A DNA stretch of 64,000 nucleotides from an uncultured Candidatus Saccharibacteria bacterium. Its GTDB lineage: Bacteria; Patescibacteriota; Minisyncoccia; Phycocordibacterales; UBA918. The stretch's first letter is position 1. Each line of letters starts with the position of its first letter. The notes beneath the pieces are model-generated. The model made no database searches, was not told where the DNA came from, and saw only the letters and a program-made list of their open reading frames with translations. Positions 55,473 to 64,000 of the stretch are shown here, piece after piece. The position numbers were made by a program, and so were the translations under genes. The stretch lies in the NCBI GenBank assembly GCA_964552045.1, contig CAZKFF010000007.1:3949-67948 (forward strand). The letters run 5' to 3'.

Positions 55473-56468
55473 ATGAGCGACCTCTCCACACAAAAACAAG
55501 GCTTTACAAGGGAAAATGCCTCAAACCTCGACCAAACCCTGCGCCCACAGAGCTGGGAAGAGTATATCGGCCAGCCGAAAACGAAGGAGAATCTGCGCAT
55601 TCTGCTCACCGCAGCAAAGGAGCGCGGCCACGCCGCCGAGCACGTGCTCTTGTACGGTCCCCCAGGGCTCGGGAAAACCACGCTTGCCCACCTGATCTCC
55701 AAGACGCTCGGCACCAATATGCGCACAACCTCCGGGCCCGCTATAGAACGGGTGGGTGACCTCGCGGCCATACTCACCAATCTCTCGCCGGGAGATGTGC
55801 TCTTCATTGACGAGATACATCGACTTTCGAAATCCATCGAGGAAGTGCTCTACCCCGCAATGGAATCGGGCGTGCTCGACATCATCATCGGCAAGGGGCC
55901 GTCCGCGCGGACCGTCCAGCTTGAGCTTCCACCGTTCACACTCGTTGCCGCAACCACACGAATATCGCTTCTATCTGCACCTTTGCGCTCGCGGTTCTCA
56001 GGCGGCACATTCCGGCTTGAATTCTACAGCAATGAGGAGATAGCGGACATCCTCCACCGTTCGTCACACATCCTCGGTATTGAAGCAGACAACGGTATCA
56101 TGAACACCATCGCGTCCCGCTGCAGAGCCACGCCGCGCACTGCAAACTATCTCCTGAAGCGATGCCGGGATCTCGCCCAGCTTGAAGGCTCTGAACTGAA
56201 TCGAGACATCGTCGACCGCACGTTCACGCTTTTGGAGATCGATGCACTCGGACTCGGCAGCCCCGATAGAGCAGTGCTCGAGGTCATCATCAACAAGTTC
56301 AACGGTGGTCCGGTAGGACTCAATACCATCGCCGCAGCAACCGGCGAGGAGCAATCCACCATTGAAGATGTCATCGAGCCCTACCTCATCCGCCAAGGAC
56401 TGCTCGAGCGGACCCCTCGGGGTCGTATTGCAAGCGCGAGCGCCTACTCGCACATCCAGTACACATGA
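55473..56468 (+). CDS. ruvB: Holliday junction branch migration helicase RuvB
   Basis: [49 protein letters not shown]. Confidence 0.97.
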   Translation: MSDLSTQKQGFTRENASNLDQTLRPQSWEEYIGQPKTKENLRILLTAAKERGHAAEHVLLYGPPGLGKTTLAHLISKTLGTNMRTTSGPAIERVGDLAAILTNLSPGDVLFIDEIHRLSKSIEEVLYPAMESGVLDIIIGKGPSARTVQLELPPFTLVAATTRISLLSAPLRSRFSGGTFRLEFYSNEEIADILHRSSHILGIEADNGIMNTIASRCRATPRTANYLLKRCRDLAQLEGSELNRDIVDRTFTLLEIDALGLGSPDRAVLEVIINKFNGGPVGLNTIAAATGEEQSTIEDVIEPYLIRQGLLERTPRGRIASASAYSHIQYT

Positions 56469-56779
56469 ACAAAACAGATATCATCAACGAACACATCCGT
56501 GCCATTGACCGCTACTTCAGAGACACACGGCCGGGCCAGTCAGCGAACGAGCGATTGTTCTCCCGCATGGTCAAACTGACTGAAGAGGTTGGCGAAGTGA
56601 GTGAGGCGGTGCTCCAGGAAGCAGGCGAACAGCGGAACAGCAAAGAGCAGTGCGACCTCGATAGCGAACTTGCGGACGTACTCATCACTACCCTTCTTCT
56701 CGCAGCAACCCGTGAAGAAGATATCTGGGAGAACGCCATTGCGATACTTGAAAGATTTAGAAAGAACCATACTATATAG
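56465..56779 (+). CDS. MazG-like nucleotide pyrophosphohydrolase
   Basis: [12 protein letters not shown]...ELADVL. Confidence 0.85.
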   Translation: MNKTDIINEHIRAIDRYFRDTRPGQSANERLFSRMVKLTEEVGEVSEAVLQEAGEQRNSKEQCDLDSELADVLITTLLLAATREEDIWENAIAILERFRKNHTI

Positions 56780-56799
56780 AAGCCCAATAAAACAAAACT

Positions 56800-57339
56800 A
56801 TGTCAGGACATAATAAATGGTCAAAGATCAAGCACAAAAAAGCCGCCGGTGATGCAGCGAAAAGCAAGGTGTTCAGCAAACATGCTGCACTGATCGCAAT
56901 GGAATCGCGGAAGGCGAACGGCAACCTCGCGTCTGCGGGATTAGCCGCGGCAATTGACCGGGCGAAGAAGGATTCGATGCCTAAAGAGAATATCGACCGT
57001 GCAGTGGCAAAAGGCGCAGGCGGCGACGGTGCAAAACTCGAGGAGGTCACCTACGAGGCATTCGGACCGGGTGGCGTCGCAATGGTCATCACGGCAGTGA
57101 CCGACAACAACAACCGCACTGCGCCGGAGATCCGCCATATCTTCAGCAAAGCAGGGCTGCAGCTCGGCACCCCCGGCTCGGCATCATGGGCGTTCACCAA
57201 AACTGCAGAGGGATATACCCCAACAAGCCCCGTGGAACTTTCGGATGCCGATGGCGAGAAACTCGCGAATCTCATCGACGCGCTTGAGGAGAATGACGAC
57301 GTGCAGGACGTGTTTACCACCGCAGACAGCGCAGAATAG
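56800..57339 (+). CDS. yebC: YebC/PmpR-family protein (short form)
   Basis: MSGHNKWSKIKHKK, MPKENIDRA, YEAFGPGG, TDNNNRT, LEENDDVQDVFT. Confidence 0.93.
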   Translation: MSGHNKWSKIKHKKAAGDAAKSKVFSKHAALIAMESRKANGNLASAGLAAAIDRAKKDSMPKENIDRAVAKGAGGDGAKLEEVTYEAFGPGGVAMVITAVTDNNNRTAPEIRHIFSKAGLQLGTPGSASWAFTKTAEGYTPTSPVELSDADGEKLANLIDALEENDDVQDVFTTADSAE

Positions 57340-57392
57340 AACAGACCGGCCTGAAGCCGGTCTGTTCTATTCTGCGCTATAATGGCGCTACC

Positions 57393-57869
57393 ATGAGAGT
57401 ACTCGCGATTGATCCCGGATACGACCGCCTTGGGGTTGCCATACTTGAAAAAGAACACGGTGCGGAAGTGCTTCTCTATTCCGCCTGCATTGAGACGCAA
57501 CCCTCCGATGAACTTTCGGTGCGGCTCGTGCATATCGGAACGGAAATACAGAAGCTCATTGATACATATAAACCCAATGCACTGGGCATTGAGACGCTCT
57601 TTTTCAATGCCAACAGGACAACCGCCATCGGCGTCGCGCAGGCGCGCGGGGTCATCCTGTTCCTTGCGCGACAATCCGGCTGCGCCGTATATGAGTTCGG
57701 CCCCCAGGAAATAAAGGTTGCGGTGACCGGCTACGGGAAAAGCGACAAAAAAGCGGTCACCGATATGGTAAAACGGCTCGTACCAAGCGTAAAAGAGGAG
57801 GCTCATGACGATGAGTATGACGCTGTGGCGGTCGGCATAACCTGCCTTGCGCATTATCGAGGCGCTTAG
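57393..57869 (+). CDS. ruvC: Crossover junction endodeoxyribonuclease RuvC
   Basis: LAIDPG, IETLFF, AQARGV, AVTGYGKSDK, DDEYDAVA. Confidence 0.96.
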   Translation: MRVLAIDPGYDRLGVAILEKEHGAEVLLYSACIETQPSDELSVRLVHIGTEIQKLIDTYKPNALGIETLFFNANRTTAIGVAQARGVILFLARQSGCAVYEFGPQEIKVAVTGYGKSDKKAVTDMVKRLVPSVKEEAHDDEYDAVAVGITCLAHYRGA

Positions 57870-57959
57870 TAAAATCTCTCTCCGAAACATGGCTCTGACA
57901 TGTTGCAAAAAGTGCAGACTTTGATACAACGTTAGTAATTAAATTTTAAGTGAGAACAT

Positions 57960-58223
57960 ATGAACCCAGAGGAGGAAGAAGAAATTGATGATGAGGAAGA
58001 TGCTTCGCTTGATGACGACCTTCTTGCCGAACTCGACCCCCTTGAAGACGATGCAGAGGATGACCCGCTCGCAGAAGGGTTCGGAGAAGTTCCCGACGAA
58101 GAGGAGAAGGCAATCGAGAAGGCTGCGCAAGAGACCGATGACAGCGATGATGAGGACGAAGACCTCGAGGAGGACGCTGAGGACGTGGATTACGACACCT
58201 TCGATGATGTCGATGAGTTTTAG
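57960..58223 (+). CDS. Small highly acidic protein
   Basis: 87 aa, about 55% Asp/Glu; ends YDTFDDVDEF. Confidence 0.75.
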   Translation: MNPEEEEEIDDEEDASLDDDLLAELDPLEDDAEDDPLAEGFGEVPDEEEKAIEKAAQETDDSDDEDEDLEEDAEDVDYDTFDDVDEF

Positions 58224-58351
58224 GGAAATGTAGAGGGCGTCAGCGCGACAATATTTTTCTTATACAAACGTTTCGTATTTTCGATCTTTTGAAGAACATC
58301 TGTTAGCGTCTTGCCATAACAAAAGCACCGAGCGATCGCCCGGTGCTTTTG

Positions 58352-59533
58352 TTATGGCATAAGCCGCACGAACCGGCGTTTGCCAACCTTCAGTGTCACT
58401 GGCGCATCGACAGACTCCGGAAGCGCTGTAAGCTTCTCTCCGGTATGCGCGTCTTTCACTCCTCCCGCTTCGAGCAGGCGTCGTAATTCTGTCTTGGATG
58501 CGACGATCTGCAGTGCAAGCAGATGCTCAGTGTAGTCAGGACGGATCTCCGCAATATCTTCCGGTATCACGCCTTTCTGGAAAGTTTCGATAAACAGCTC
58601 CTGAGCATGCCGGGCCTCATCTGCACCATGGTAGAGAGAGACGATCTCAAACGCAAGACGCATCTTCGCATCCCGGGGATTGCCGCCGGAGTTGAGCGCG
58701 GATTCCAGTTCATGCACCTCCGCAAGCGGCACGCGGGTGCAGATAGTGAAATATGGCACGATCTCGCTGTCCTGCATGCTCATGACCTTTCCGTACATGT
58801 CCGCCGGTTCCGCAAGAAGATTGATGGTATTGCCCCAGCTTGAACTCATCTTCCGGCCGTCAGTGCCGTTGATCAAGGGATTCATGAGGATACTCTGCGG
58901 CTCCTGAAGAAAGTGCGGCTGCAGCGTTCGTCCCGCCAGCAGATTGAAGCGCTGATCGGTGCCGCCTATCTCGACATCAGCCTTGATAGCCACGCTGTCA
59001 TAACCCTGCATTAACGGATACAAGACTTCGCGGAGCGACACACGCTTGCCTGCATCAAGCCGGCGCTTGATATTGTCGCGCGCGATAAAGTCGGCAACCG
59101 AGAACAGATCAGCGTGCTCGCCTATCTCCCGGTACGTCAATCCTTCGAGCCATTCGGAGTTATGGTGGAACTCGACTGTATCGATATCAAGGACTTTCGC
59201 CACCTGCGCGTAGTAGTTCTGCTTGTTCTCATCAACAACTTCCTTGCTGAGCATGGGGCGCTCGCTGTCCTTGTCGGACGTATCGCCGATAACACTCGTG
59301 AAATCGCCGACAATGAAGACGATCTTATGCCCGAGTTCCTGGAAATCCCGCAGCTTCAAAAGCGGAATTGAACGGCCAATATGTATATTGGGACTTGTTG
59401 GGTCGATGCCGAGCTTGATACGCAGCTGCGTACCGCTTGAGAGTTTTTTCCGAAGATCATCAATGTGAATGACCTCCTCCACTCCGCGGGTCAGAAGCTC
59501 CTCTATCTTTTTGGGATCGGTATTCACGTCCAT
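58352..59533 (-). CDS. tyrS: Tyrosine--tRNA ligase
   Basis: GIDPTSPNIHIGR, YPLMQGYD, GGTDQ, KMSSS. Confidence 0.97.
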   Translation of the reverse strand: MDVNTDPKKIEELLTRGVEEVIHIDDLRKKLSSGTQLRIKLGIDPTSPNIHIGRSIPLLKLRDFQELGHKIVFIVGDFTSVIGDTSDKDSERPMLSKEVVDENKQNYYAQVAKVLDIDTVEFHHNSEWLEGLTYREIGEHADLFSVADFIARDNIKRRLDAGKRVSLREVLYPLMQGYDSVAIKADVEIGGTDQRFNLLAGRTLQPHFLQEPQSILMNPLINGTDGRKMSSSWGNTINLLAEPADMYGKVMSMQDSEIVPYFTICTRVPLAEVHELESALNSGGNPRDAKMRLAFEIVSLYHGADEARHAQELFIETFQKGVIPEDIAEIRPDYTEHLLALQIVASKTELRRLLEAGGVKDAHTGEKLTALPESVDAPVTLKVGKRRFVRLMP

Positions 59534-59613
59534 ATGCAGATAACTCTAGCATATCACTCTGTTGTATCTATATATGGACAAAACGTGCTAATATGGCCAT
59601 ATTAAGCAATCAC

Positions 59614-61863
59614 ATGAAGATCAAAACCTGGGTAAAGCGGCACTATAAGGACATTGCCATTGATGCAGCCATTGGATTTTTTGTTGTGGGTCTGATCGCC
59701 GCCGGCGGACTGTTTATCTGGGTCTCGACACTCGAGATCCCCGACCTCTCAGCTTTTGAGCAGCGCCGTATCCAGCAGTCGACGAAGATATACGACAAGA
59801 CCGGTGAGGTGCTCCTTTACGACCTCCACCAGGATGTGAAACGGACCATTGTCCCTTTCGAAGACATCTCCTACCACATCAAAAATGCTACGGTTGCTAT
59901 TGAGGATGACCAGTTCTACAAGCACTATGGGATCGATCCGCTCGCGATCATCCGTTCAATGATCAACAACGTAAGCCGCGGCGGCGGACCGTTCGACGGC
60001 GCAGGAGGGTCAACCATCACCCAGCAGGTGATCAAGAACTCGATCCTTGAGCAGGAGAAGCGTCTGACCCGAAAGATCAAGGAGGCCATTCTTGCCATTA
60101 AGATCGAGCGCGTGCTCACCAAAGAGGAGATTCTCTCGCACTACCTCAATGAATCTCCGTACGGCGGCACCATCTACGGTGTTGAAGAAGCATCGCAGGC
60201 GTTTTTTGCAAAATCAGCGGCGGATGTAACTTTGCCGGAAGCGGCGTACCTTGCGGCTCTGCCGCAGGCGCCGACCTACCTCTCACCGTACGGAAACAAC
60301 CGCGATGCGCTTGATGCCCGGCAAAAGCTCGTGCTCGAGCGTATGCTCGTCAATAAGTTCATAACGCAGGAGGAGTATGATGCTGCAATTGCGACCGAAG
60401 TGCAGTTCCAGCCGCAGGCGGTGACCGGCATCCGCGCCCCGCATTTTGTCATGTACATCCGTGAGCTTCTTGTTGAGAAGTACGGCGAGGAAGCGCTTTC
60501 AGAAAAGGGACTGCGTGTGATCACCTCGCTCGACTGGGAACTTCAACAGGAGGCCGAACGTATCGTCGCTGAAAAAGCGAAGCATAATGAAGAGACATTC
60601 AATGCCTCCAACGCTGGTATGGTCGCGCTCGATCCGCAGACAGGCGACATACTCGTCATGGTGGGCTCACGCAATTATTTCGACGAAGAGATCGACGGCA
60701 ATTTCAATACCACGCTTGCGCCACGGCAGCCGGGCTCGTCGATCAAGCCGATCGTGTACGCCTCAGCCTTCAGCAAAGGATACACGCCTGATACGAAAGT
60801 ATTCGACGTGAAGACGCAATTCAGTTCAGTCTGTGAGCCATGGGACCTCAGCAGCGAGACGCCATGCTACTCGCCAAACAATTACAATCACAAGTTTGTA
60901 GGGCCGATCAGCCTGCGCAATGCGCTCGCACAGTCGTTGAACATCCCTGCGGTGAAAGTGCTCTACCTCACCGGCATCAAGGATGCGATGAAGCTCGCTT
61001 CAGACATGGGTATCTCTACACTCAATGACCCTGATCGGCTCGGACTCACCATGGTGCTCGGAGGCGGCGAGGTCAAGCTTTTGGAGCATGCCAGTGCGTA
61101 TGCCGTATTCGCCAACGAGGGCGTCAAAGCCGACCTTCGGCCGATACTCCGCATCGAAGACGCTCAGGGCACGGTCATTGAGGAAATGGACGTGGAGGAA
61201 CATCGCGTTCTCGACCGCAATGTCGCTCTCCAGATCAGCGATGTCCTCAGCGACAACAATGCACGCGCTCCGTTGTGGGGCTATAACTCAGCAGTGTATT
61301 TCCCGAACCGGGATGTTGCTATCAAATCAGGTAGTACCAACAACTCGCGTGACGCATGGCTTATGGGCTACGCGCCTAACCTTGTGGTGGGCGTATGGGC
61401 AGGAAACAACGACAACAGCCCAATGAACGGGCTTTCCGGACTTATCGCCACGCCGATGTGGCGGTCATTCATGGACATCGCGCTCCCGAAGATCGATGAG
61501 AAGAGCTTCGGCGAACCTCCTGCGACCGATCCGACCATCAAGCCGATCCTGCGCGGAGAAATATTCGATACAACGACACTCATACAGAACATACAGTCGG
61601 GCAGCACGACGCTTGACCTTGCGGGGGTCGCCTCAAGCATCCACAACATCCTGCACTATGTCGACAGGAGCGATCCGCTCGGACCATATCCTTCCAACCC
61701 GACAAATGATTCGCAGTACAATAACTGGGAATACGCGGTTCAGAAATGGAAGCAGCAGACGTACGCGCCGATCATTCCGGAACTTTCAGAAAATGCAGAC
61801 GATACCGATGACGAGAACGAAGATGAGGATACTGACCGCAGGGGAAATCGCGATGACGATTAA
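59614..61863 (+). CDS. Class A penicillin-binding protein (PBP1A family)
   Basis: AIEDDQFY, GGSTITQQ, RKIKE, YLN, QPGSSIKP, SLNIPA, KSGST. Confidence 0.95.
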   Translation: MKIKTWVKRHYKDIAIDAAIGFFVVGLIAAGGLFIWVSTLEIPDLSAFEQRRIQQSTKIYDKTGEVLLYDLHQDVKRTIVPFEDISYHIKNATVAIEDDQFYKHYGIDPLAIIRSMINNVSRGGGPFDGAGGSTITQQVIKNSILEQEKRLTRKIKEAILAIKIERVLTKEEILSHYLNESPYGGTIYGVEEASQAFFAKSAADVTLPEAAYLAALPQAPTYLSPYGNNRDALDARQKLVLERMLVNKFITQEEYDAAIATEVQFQPQAVTGIRAPHFVMYIRELLVEKYGEEALSEKGLRVITSLDWELQQEAERIVAEKAKHNEETFNASNAGMVALDPQTGDILVMVGSRNYFDEEIDGNFNTTLAPRQPGSSIKPIVYASAFSKGYTPDTKVFDVKTQFSSVCEPWDLSSETPCYSPNNYNHKFVGPISLRNALAQSLNIPAVKVLYLTGIKDAMKLASDMGISTLNDPDRLGLTMVLGGGEVKLLEHASAYAVFANEGVKADLRPILRIEDAQGTVIEEMDVEEHRVLDRNVALQISDVLSDNNARAPLWGYNSAVYFPNRDVAIKSGSTNNSRDAWLMGYAPNLVVGVWAGNNDNSPMNGLSGLIATPMWRSFMDIALPKIDEKSFGEPPATDPTIKPILRGEIFDTTTLIQNIQSGSTTLDLAGVASSIHNILHYVDRSDPLGPYPSNPTNDSQYNNWEYAVQKWKQQTYAPIIPELSENADDTDDENEDEDTDRRGNRDDD

Positions 61864-62150
61864 ATAATTTCCTTAGGGGCATTCTTTTCCCCTATCCTTC
61901 CTTTCATGTGTGTGAGGATCTCACTCTTGCGTAACTTTATTTCGCTCTTAAGCGGCCCAGAAACGCTTACGGAGAGCGTTTGCGAGTAAACGGTATACTT
62001 TACTGCTTTGTGCGGCACACGCAGACCGATGACGTCCTCTACCACTTCGGTGAAGCAGTCAACGACGGTTTTCTCCGGCGCCTGCAGGGTATTTTTGTAC
62101 TTTTCAAAAAGAGCACTGATCTTCGTAATCTCGCCTCTTCCTTTGCGCAT
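61860..62150 (-). CDS. DciA/DUF721-like small protein
   Basis: LSVSVSGPLKSEIKLRKSEIL pattern; immediately downstream of dnaN. Confidence 0.55.
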   Translation of the reverse strand: MRKGRGEITKISALFEKYKNTLQAPEKTVVDCFTEVVEDVIGLRVPHKAVKYTVYSQTLSVSVSGPLKSEIKLRKSEILTHMKGRIGEKNAPKEII

Positions 62151-62153
62151 AGG

Positions 62154-63248
62154 CTACTTATTCATTGGCATTACCAGATAGCGGAGCGATTTATCATTCA
62201 AACCCTCGATCACGAGCGGCCGCCCAATGCCGGCAAAATGCATGAGGATACTGTCATCAACGATGTGCTGCAGCGGTTCGGAAAGGTATCGCTGATTGAA
62301 GTTAAGCTGCAGTTCGTCTCCTGTCGATTGCGCCTTTATAGATTCCGTTGTTGTGCCTACGTCTCCGCTGTTTGCCGAGACGGTGAGTGATTTATCTGTT
62401 ATATACAGACCCACCTGCTGAAACTTGTTGAGGAATATGTTCGTCTTCTTGAATGCGGAAGCAAGGTCGTTCTTCAACAACGTCGCGTGGGTGCTGTACT
62501 CCTTGGGGATGATCTGCTCATAATCAGGGAATGATCCGGATGTGAGACGCGAGGTGATGTATACCCCGTCCTCGAACTGCAGCGCGCACTGATTCTCATT
62601 TACCTTGAATTCCGGATCACTTGACCGCATATCACACACCCGTGAGAGTTCTATAGCATTCTTTTGTGGAATAAGGACCGGGTCCTGCAGGACAAATCCC
62701 TTCTGCGGGACTGTTTTTTCCATGAGCCGGAATGAGTCTGTAGCCACAAAAGTGAGCGAATGTTCTTTTTTTTGGAGTATATACACGCTTCCAAGTTCCG
62801 GCTTGATGGAAGAGACACTCGCAGCAAACGATGCGGTCTTGATACCAAGAGAAAAAAGTTCGCGCTGTACTTTTTGGCCCGTGCCGTCTATTTTTGGGAT
62901 ATGCGGAAACTCATCATGTGGAATTGTTTTGATATATGTCTCCGATCCTGTTCCTTCGATCACTAATGATCCTTCTTCAGTACGAAGCGTCACATCCTTT
63001 ACGGACATACATTGCACTGTCTGTGTGAGTGTCGACGCCGGAACAGCTATACTTCCTTCCTCTTTTACTGAAGCAGCAAGCGTCGACTCAATACCAATCT
63101 CAAGATTGGTCGCATGGAGGGAGAGGGAGTTGCCGGATGCTGAAATTAATACACACTGAAGTACTGGTAGAGTGATGTGCTTGGTACTCACTCGTGACAC
63201 AAGTTCCAACCGGTCAAGCAACTGTTCTTTTTCTATAGTGACGTGCAT
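62154..63248 (-). CDS. dnaN: DNA polymerase III beta clamp
   Basis: ATNLEIG, VATDSFRL, GSFPDYEQIIP, YLVMPM. Confidence 0.97.
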   Translation of the reverse strand: MHVTIEKEQLLDRLELVSRVSTKHITLPVLQCVLISASGNSLSLHATNLEIGIESTLAASVKEEGSIAVPASTLTQTVQCMSVKDVTLRTEEGSLVIEGTGSETYIKTIPHDEFPHIPKIDGTGQKVQRELFSLGIKTASFAASVSSIKPELGSVYILQKKEHSLTFVATDSFRLMEKTVPQKGFVLQDPVLIPQKNAIELSRVCDMRSSDPEFKVNENQCALQFEDGVYITSRLTSGSFPDYEQIIPKEYSTHATLLKNDLASAFKKTNIFLNKFQQVGLYITDKSLTVSANSGDVGTTTESIKAQSTGDELQLNFNQRYLSEPLQHIVDDSILMHFAGIGRPLVIEGLNDKSLRYLVMPMNK

Positions 63249-63582
63249 ATCTTATTTTTTTATTAATTATAGTACTCCTTATTATTAGCCCTGTGGATTT
63301 GTGGAAATCTAAAATCTATGGCCTGCTTCTTAACTTTTTTAAAACAGATTGGTGTGCAGAGCTGTTGATACGGTATTGTTTTTCTTTGCATAGACCCGGG
63401 GATAACCTCATCTATTTTTCACTGCTGGGGATTACTCCCACTTATGCACATCTGTACTCATTCTTGTATACACCCTTGTTTTATTTATACACCGTGTTCA
63501 ACCTTTCCTATTGTTAGGATACCCACACGAGTATACACAGCTCTCTGTCAGTAAAAAACTGGCCCAAAGAAGGGCCAGTTTT
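63249..63582. other. Probable replication origin (oriC) between dnaA and dnaN
   Basis: AT-rich tract 63250-63290; DnaA-box-like 9-mers TGTGGATTT (63292), TGTGGAAAT (63300), TTATGCACA (63442), TTATACACC (63485), GTATACACA (63531). Confidence 0.75.
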
Positions 63583-64000
63583 TTACTTGAGAAGCAGCCG
63601 TATCTGTGTGATCTCTTCTTCAAGTTCAGAATTGCTCTTGAGGTCGTTTTTGATCTTCTCACAAGAGTGTATGACTGTGGTGTGGTCCCTCCCCCCCAGT
63701 TTCTGTCCTATTGCCGGGTATGATACTTGGAAATCTTCGCGGAGGATGTACATGATGAGCTGCCGCGGCTTTACGATCTCCTTGCGTCTGGTCTTCTCGT
63801 AGATCGAGGACGGCTCAACATCAAAGTAACGGGCGATCTTATCAACAACGTCCGAAACAGCGAGCGTCTTTCGCGGACGAGTGCTGTTTTTGATGATCTG
63901 CTTGACCTCGTCAAGTGACAGTGTACGTCCCAAAAGCTGCGACTGGCACATGATGGTGTTCAAGGCACCCTCAAGTTCGCGGATATTGCCCTCGATAGTG
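63583..64000 (-). CDS. dnaA: Chromosomal replication initiator DnaA, 3' part (5' end lies outside the window)
   Basis: EGNIRELEGALN (sensor II region), KPRQLIMY, IGQKLGGRDHTTVIHSCEKI. Confidence 0.97.
   Translation of the reverse strand, partial: TIEGNIRELEGALNTIMCQSQLLGRTLSLDEVKQIIKNSTRPRKTLAVSDVVDKIARYFDVEPSSIYEKTRRKEIVKPRQLIMYILREDFQVSYPAIGQKLGGRDHTTVIHSCEKIKNDLKSNSELEEEITQIRLLLK

Noticed and set aside
1-64000. Transposases, integrases, reverse transcriptases/DGR, rRNA, phage structural genes, alternative genetic code
   Set aside because: No such motifs seen. TGA serves as a stop (for example the ATGA overlaps), consistent with code 11.

Overview
Bacterial chromosome segment next to the replication origin (dnaA 3' end, oriC-like gap and dnaN at the right edge). 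Gene content and style point to Patescibacteria/CPR, Parcubacteria-like: compact housekeeping genes, pilMNO/pilB, extended -10 boxes a few nt from start codons, few Shine-Dalgarno sites. This taxonomic call is inference. Six tRNA genes are present (Leu-GAG, Val-TAC, Arg-TCT, Ser-TGA, Arg-GCG, Lys-TTT). The main find is a ~14 kb locus (15.2-29.3 kb). It holds seven paralogous membrane-anchored Cys/His proteins with a conserved HxxxH...H...HGxGH pattern (an eighth copy is at 46.4 kb), Cys-less cupredoxin-like domains (WPASxxHP[TS]H...YHDH), a beta-propeller, and a ~890 aa protein carrying ~49 Y-x-Q-x-x-Y hexapeptide repeats. A separate multicopper-oxidase/copper operon lies just to its left. I propose, as inference, an undescribed extracytoplasmic copper-dependent system that modifies or cross-links tyrosine-rich repeats. 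Other notable items: a mini-DnaA with domains I and IV but no AAA+ domain; direct plus inverted echoes of tRNA ends at three tRNA genes; a 6S-like rod-shaped ncRNA candidate; an apparently acquired pyrD-pyrC pair; a small defence island (single-chain R-M enzyme, HTH-Panacea, DUF2726). Family assignments come from motif recognition only; no database searches were run.
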